DNA of 62,695 nucleotides, filler included, from a bacterium (GTDB lineage: Bacteria; JAMORN01): NCBI GenBank assembly GCA_027063545.1. It is 9 parts of 9 records of this genome, joined end to end, with 100 filler letters (N's around TTAATTAATTAA, not from the genome) between each part and the next. Parts side by side here need not be neighbours in the genome. Positions count along the whole stretch, not along the records: positions 56,012 to 62,695 come from JAMORN010000146.1; 8 more parts are not named here. One strand, given 5' to 3'. The notes under the pieces were generated by a model, which did no database searches, was not told where the DNA came from, and worked only from the letters and a program-made list of their open reading frames with translations. Below, piece by piece: positions 60,850 through 62,695 of this stretch. The position numbers were made by a program, and so were the translations under genes. Each line of letters begins with the position of its first letter. Positions within the stretch are counted from its first letter, which is position 1.

Positions 60850-62040
60850 TTATTTCAGATTTTTATTGAACCAATCTTTTAAAATCTCAAATTGTTGATG
60901 TAAATTTACAATATTAGTATCAAGTGGACTCTTAAAGAAAAATCCTAATTCTTGAATAACACCTTTTAAACTTTTTTTCTTTGCAAATATTAAAAATCTT
61001 GCTAAATCAATTAAAAGAGGTGCAGCAACAATTGCATCAATAGCATCCCAAATAAAGTATAGTTTTAATTTTGTACCCATAAATCCTTGATAATGTATAA
61101 AGTTAAAAGCAGTTTTATTATCTTGTAAAGAAGGAAAATAATTAATTTCTGTTATACTATATGGAGAATAACCTAACGCTTTTTGTAGTACACTATCTTT
61201 GGAAATTATTTTACTCTTTTTATTTTCATTATGATTTAATACAACCCCATCTAAATCACCTAGTATATTATAGCTCATCCAGCCTAATACTTTTAAGTTT
61301 CTATAAGCAAACATTGGAGCAAGATTTGTTTTTACCATTGTCTCACCAGTTTTTCCATCATTTCCAGCATGAGGAACTCCTACTTTTTCAGCAAGTTCCT
61401 TTAACGCCTTTATACTTGCTCCTGCACTTGGCGTGAAGTTTGCATAAGGAATGCCATTTTTTAATGCTACATAAGCATAAATCATACTAGCAGTAACATA
61501 TTCCTTTTTATTCTCTTCAATCATTTTTTCAAAGCCTTCTAGAGAATCATGATACTCAGAATGATACTCATAAACAGGCTCTGTAGAAGCAACATTTATA
61601 ACAACAATATCCTCATCATTACCTTTAAATTCTAAAATATCCTTTTCTATTTTTTCAACTATTTCTTTTAATGTTAAATTTTCATCTTCTAATGCTTCTA
61701 TTTCACCCAAAGCCTTTATACCAGGCCCACAATTTAAAGCAGTCCCTTTTTTAGCCTTTATTAATTCCAGTTCATTTTTTACTTCTTGAAGAATTTTAAA
61801 ATCAAAATGTTTATTTATTTCCCAATGGGCAAGTGCTACCTCATAAGCATTATGTTTTAACGCTCTAATATCATGTCCTCCAAATTCAAATTTTAATGGA
61901 ATTAAATCATCTATGGCTTTAAAATCTTCTAAGGTAGATACAACACCTGTTGTATCTATTATTTCCTTTTCAATAGCCTTTGCTCCCACCATAGCAGTTG
62001 TAGCCACAATCCCATAGGATCCAATAAGCCAAATTTTCAT
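60850..62040 (-). CDS. ino1: myo-Inositol-1(3)-phosphate synthase
   Basis: N-terminal G.YG.V.TT, VINVASTE, YAY.AL, NFTP, GNDGKTGET, SYNILG..DG, SK, DNK.A, DAIVAAPL..DL, FFKSP; AAGGAGG RBS. Confidence 0.93.
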   Translation of the reverse strand: MKIWLIGSYGIVATTAMVGAKAIEKEIIDTTGVVSTLEDFKAIDDLIPLKFEFGGHDIRALKHNAYEVALAHWEINKHFDFKILQEVKNELELIKAKKGTALNCGPGIKALGEIEALEDENLTLKEIVEKIEKDILEFKGNDEDIVVINVASTEPVYEYHSEYHDSLEGFEKMIEENKKEYVTASMIYAYVALKNGIPYANFTPSAGASIKALKELAEKVGVPHAGNDGKTGETMVKTNLAPMFAYRNLKVLGWMSYNILGDLDGVVLNHNENKKSKIISKDSVLQKALGYSPYSITEINYFPSLQDNKTAFNFIHYQGFMGTKLKLYFIWDAIDAIVAAPLLIDLARFLIFAKKKSLKGVIQELGFFFKSPLDTNIVNLHQQFEILKDWFNKNLK

Positions 62041-62146
62041 AAAATGCCTCCTTTGTTATAATAATATATATTCATCCATTAACCTTAAGCGAATTTATTA
62101 CAATAAGATAAAATAAAAATAAAAAAATAAATAGAATTTTACAATA

Positions 62147-62695
62147 TTATTTAGCGATAATTTGAGAGTATTTTAAATTAATTCTTGAACCTTTATCAAT
62201 AACCACAACCTTTCCAATGCTTTTTACTCTGGTTGCTATACAATTTCTACATTGCCCAGTGGTTTCAAATATACATATTTTATTGTCGTATAATTTATAA
62301 TAAGGTCTATATTTCTGAGGGGTAATATTTGGCATTATTACATTTGCACCTATATTCATAGCTATTTCTCTACCATTGGGTCTTACTGTTCCCATTGCAG
62401 TTGTTGCAGGGATATTTGTGGTCGGAAGTACAAGTCTTGAAACAGCTATTGTTTTTAATACTAAGTTAAAATCTCCTGTTTTTTCATTTTTTAGAGGTGT
62501 TTGATGATGGGGTATAAATGGACCTATTCCAAGCATATCAGCATCTAATTTTTTAAAAAAAATTATATCCTTTGCTATAGATAGAGTAGTTTGACCTGGT
62601 AGTCCTACAATTATACCTGTTCCTGTTTCATATCCAAGTTTTTTTAAGGTGAAAAGAGCCTTTTTTCTCTCTTCTAAATTATCATCTGGATGCAG
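62147..62695 (-). CDS. hydE: [FeFe]-hydrogenase maturase HydE, C-terminal part (5'-truncated)
   Basis: Frame is open to the window end: LHP...GYETGTG..VGLPGQT, M.GIGPFIPH..TP, PATTA, GANV.MPN, YRPYYKLYDNKIC...C..C. Confidence 0.88.
   Translation of the reverse strand: MHPDDNLEERKKALFTLKKLGYETGTGIIVGLPGQTTLSIAKDIIFFKKLDADMLGIGPFIPHHQTPLKNEKTGDFNLVLKTIAVSRLVLPTTNIPATTAMGTVRPNGREIAMNIGANVIMPNITPQKYRPYYKLYDNKICIFETTGQCRNCIATRVKSIGKVVVIDKGSRINLKYSQIIAK

Noticed and set aside
60721..60850. tRNA-Leu as an integration site for an island carrying ino1
   Set aside because: No integrase and no duplicated tRNA 3' end are visible; ino1 lies on the tRNA 5' side.
2119..61436. Short antisense or alternate-frame ORFs (e.g. 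2119-2361, 28514-28762, 30049-30375, 58446-58898, 61161-61436)
   Set aside because: Shadows of well-supported genes, with no recognisable motifs.
1..62695. Alternative genetic code suggested by the low GC content
   Set aside because: Conserved genes translate full-length under code 11, Trp is TGG, and TGA acts as a stop (e.g. 4167, 41521).

Overview
This is not one locus. It is nine unrelated contigs of about 6.7-7.1 kb, ordered by decreasing length and joined by eight identical 100-nt artificial linkers (N44-TTAATTAATTAA-N44), so gene adjacency is meaningful only within a contig. The DNA is very AT-rich (roughly a quarter G+C by eye), uses standard code 11, and comes from a diderm, probably anaerobic bacterium: it has LpxL, Tol, TonB-dependent and Omp85-like proteins, a group A [FeFe]-hydrogenase and HydE. 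It is probably thermophilic and flagellated (FliW/CsrA, Archaeoglobus-like Ino1). Several proteins look Fibrobacterota-like: the ExbD-ExbD-TonB(AgmX/PglI) module and a CBM11-GH5 lipoprotein. Housekeeping content includes the S10 end and spc operon (no rpmD), secY-adk-map, valS, tRNA-Leu(CAG), scpAB, hflKC, tolQRAB, speDE, rtcB, rnhA, a sugar ABC transporter and a Btu-like importer. I see no CRISPR array, prophage or IS element. The most interesting signals are the AglQS/GltG-like motor module, a tandem active+degenerate SpeD, archaeal-type inositol-phosphate synthase plus a PIP-synthase-like gene, a textbook CsrA hairpin over the csrA RBS next to a pseudo-receiver sigma-54 activator, a putative LacI-type operator at the GH5 gene, and a lipoprotein with ~46-aa helical repeats. 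All family assignments come from motif recognition, not database searches.
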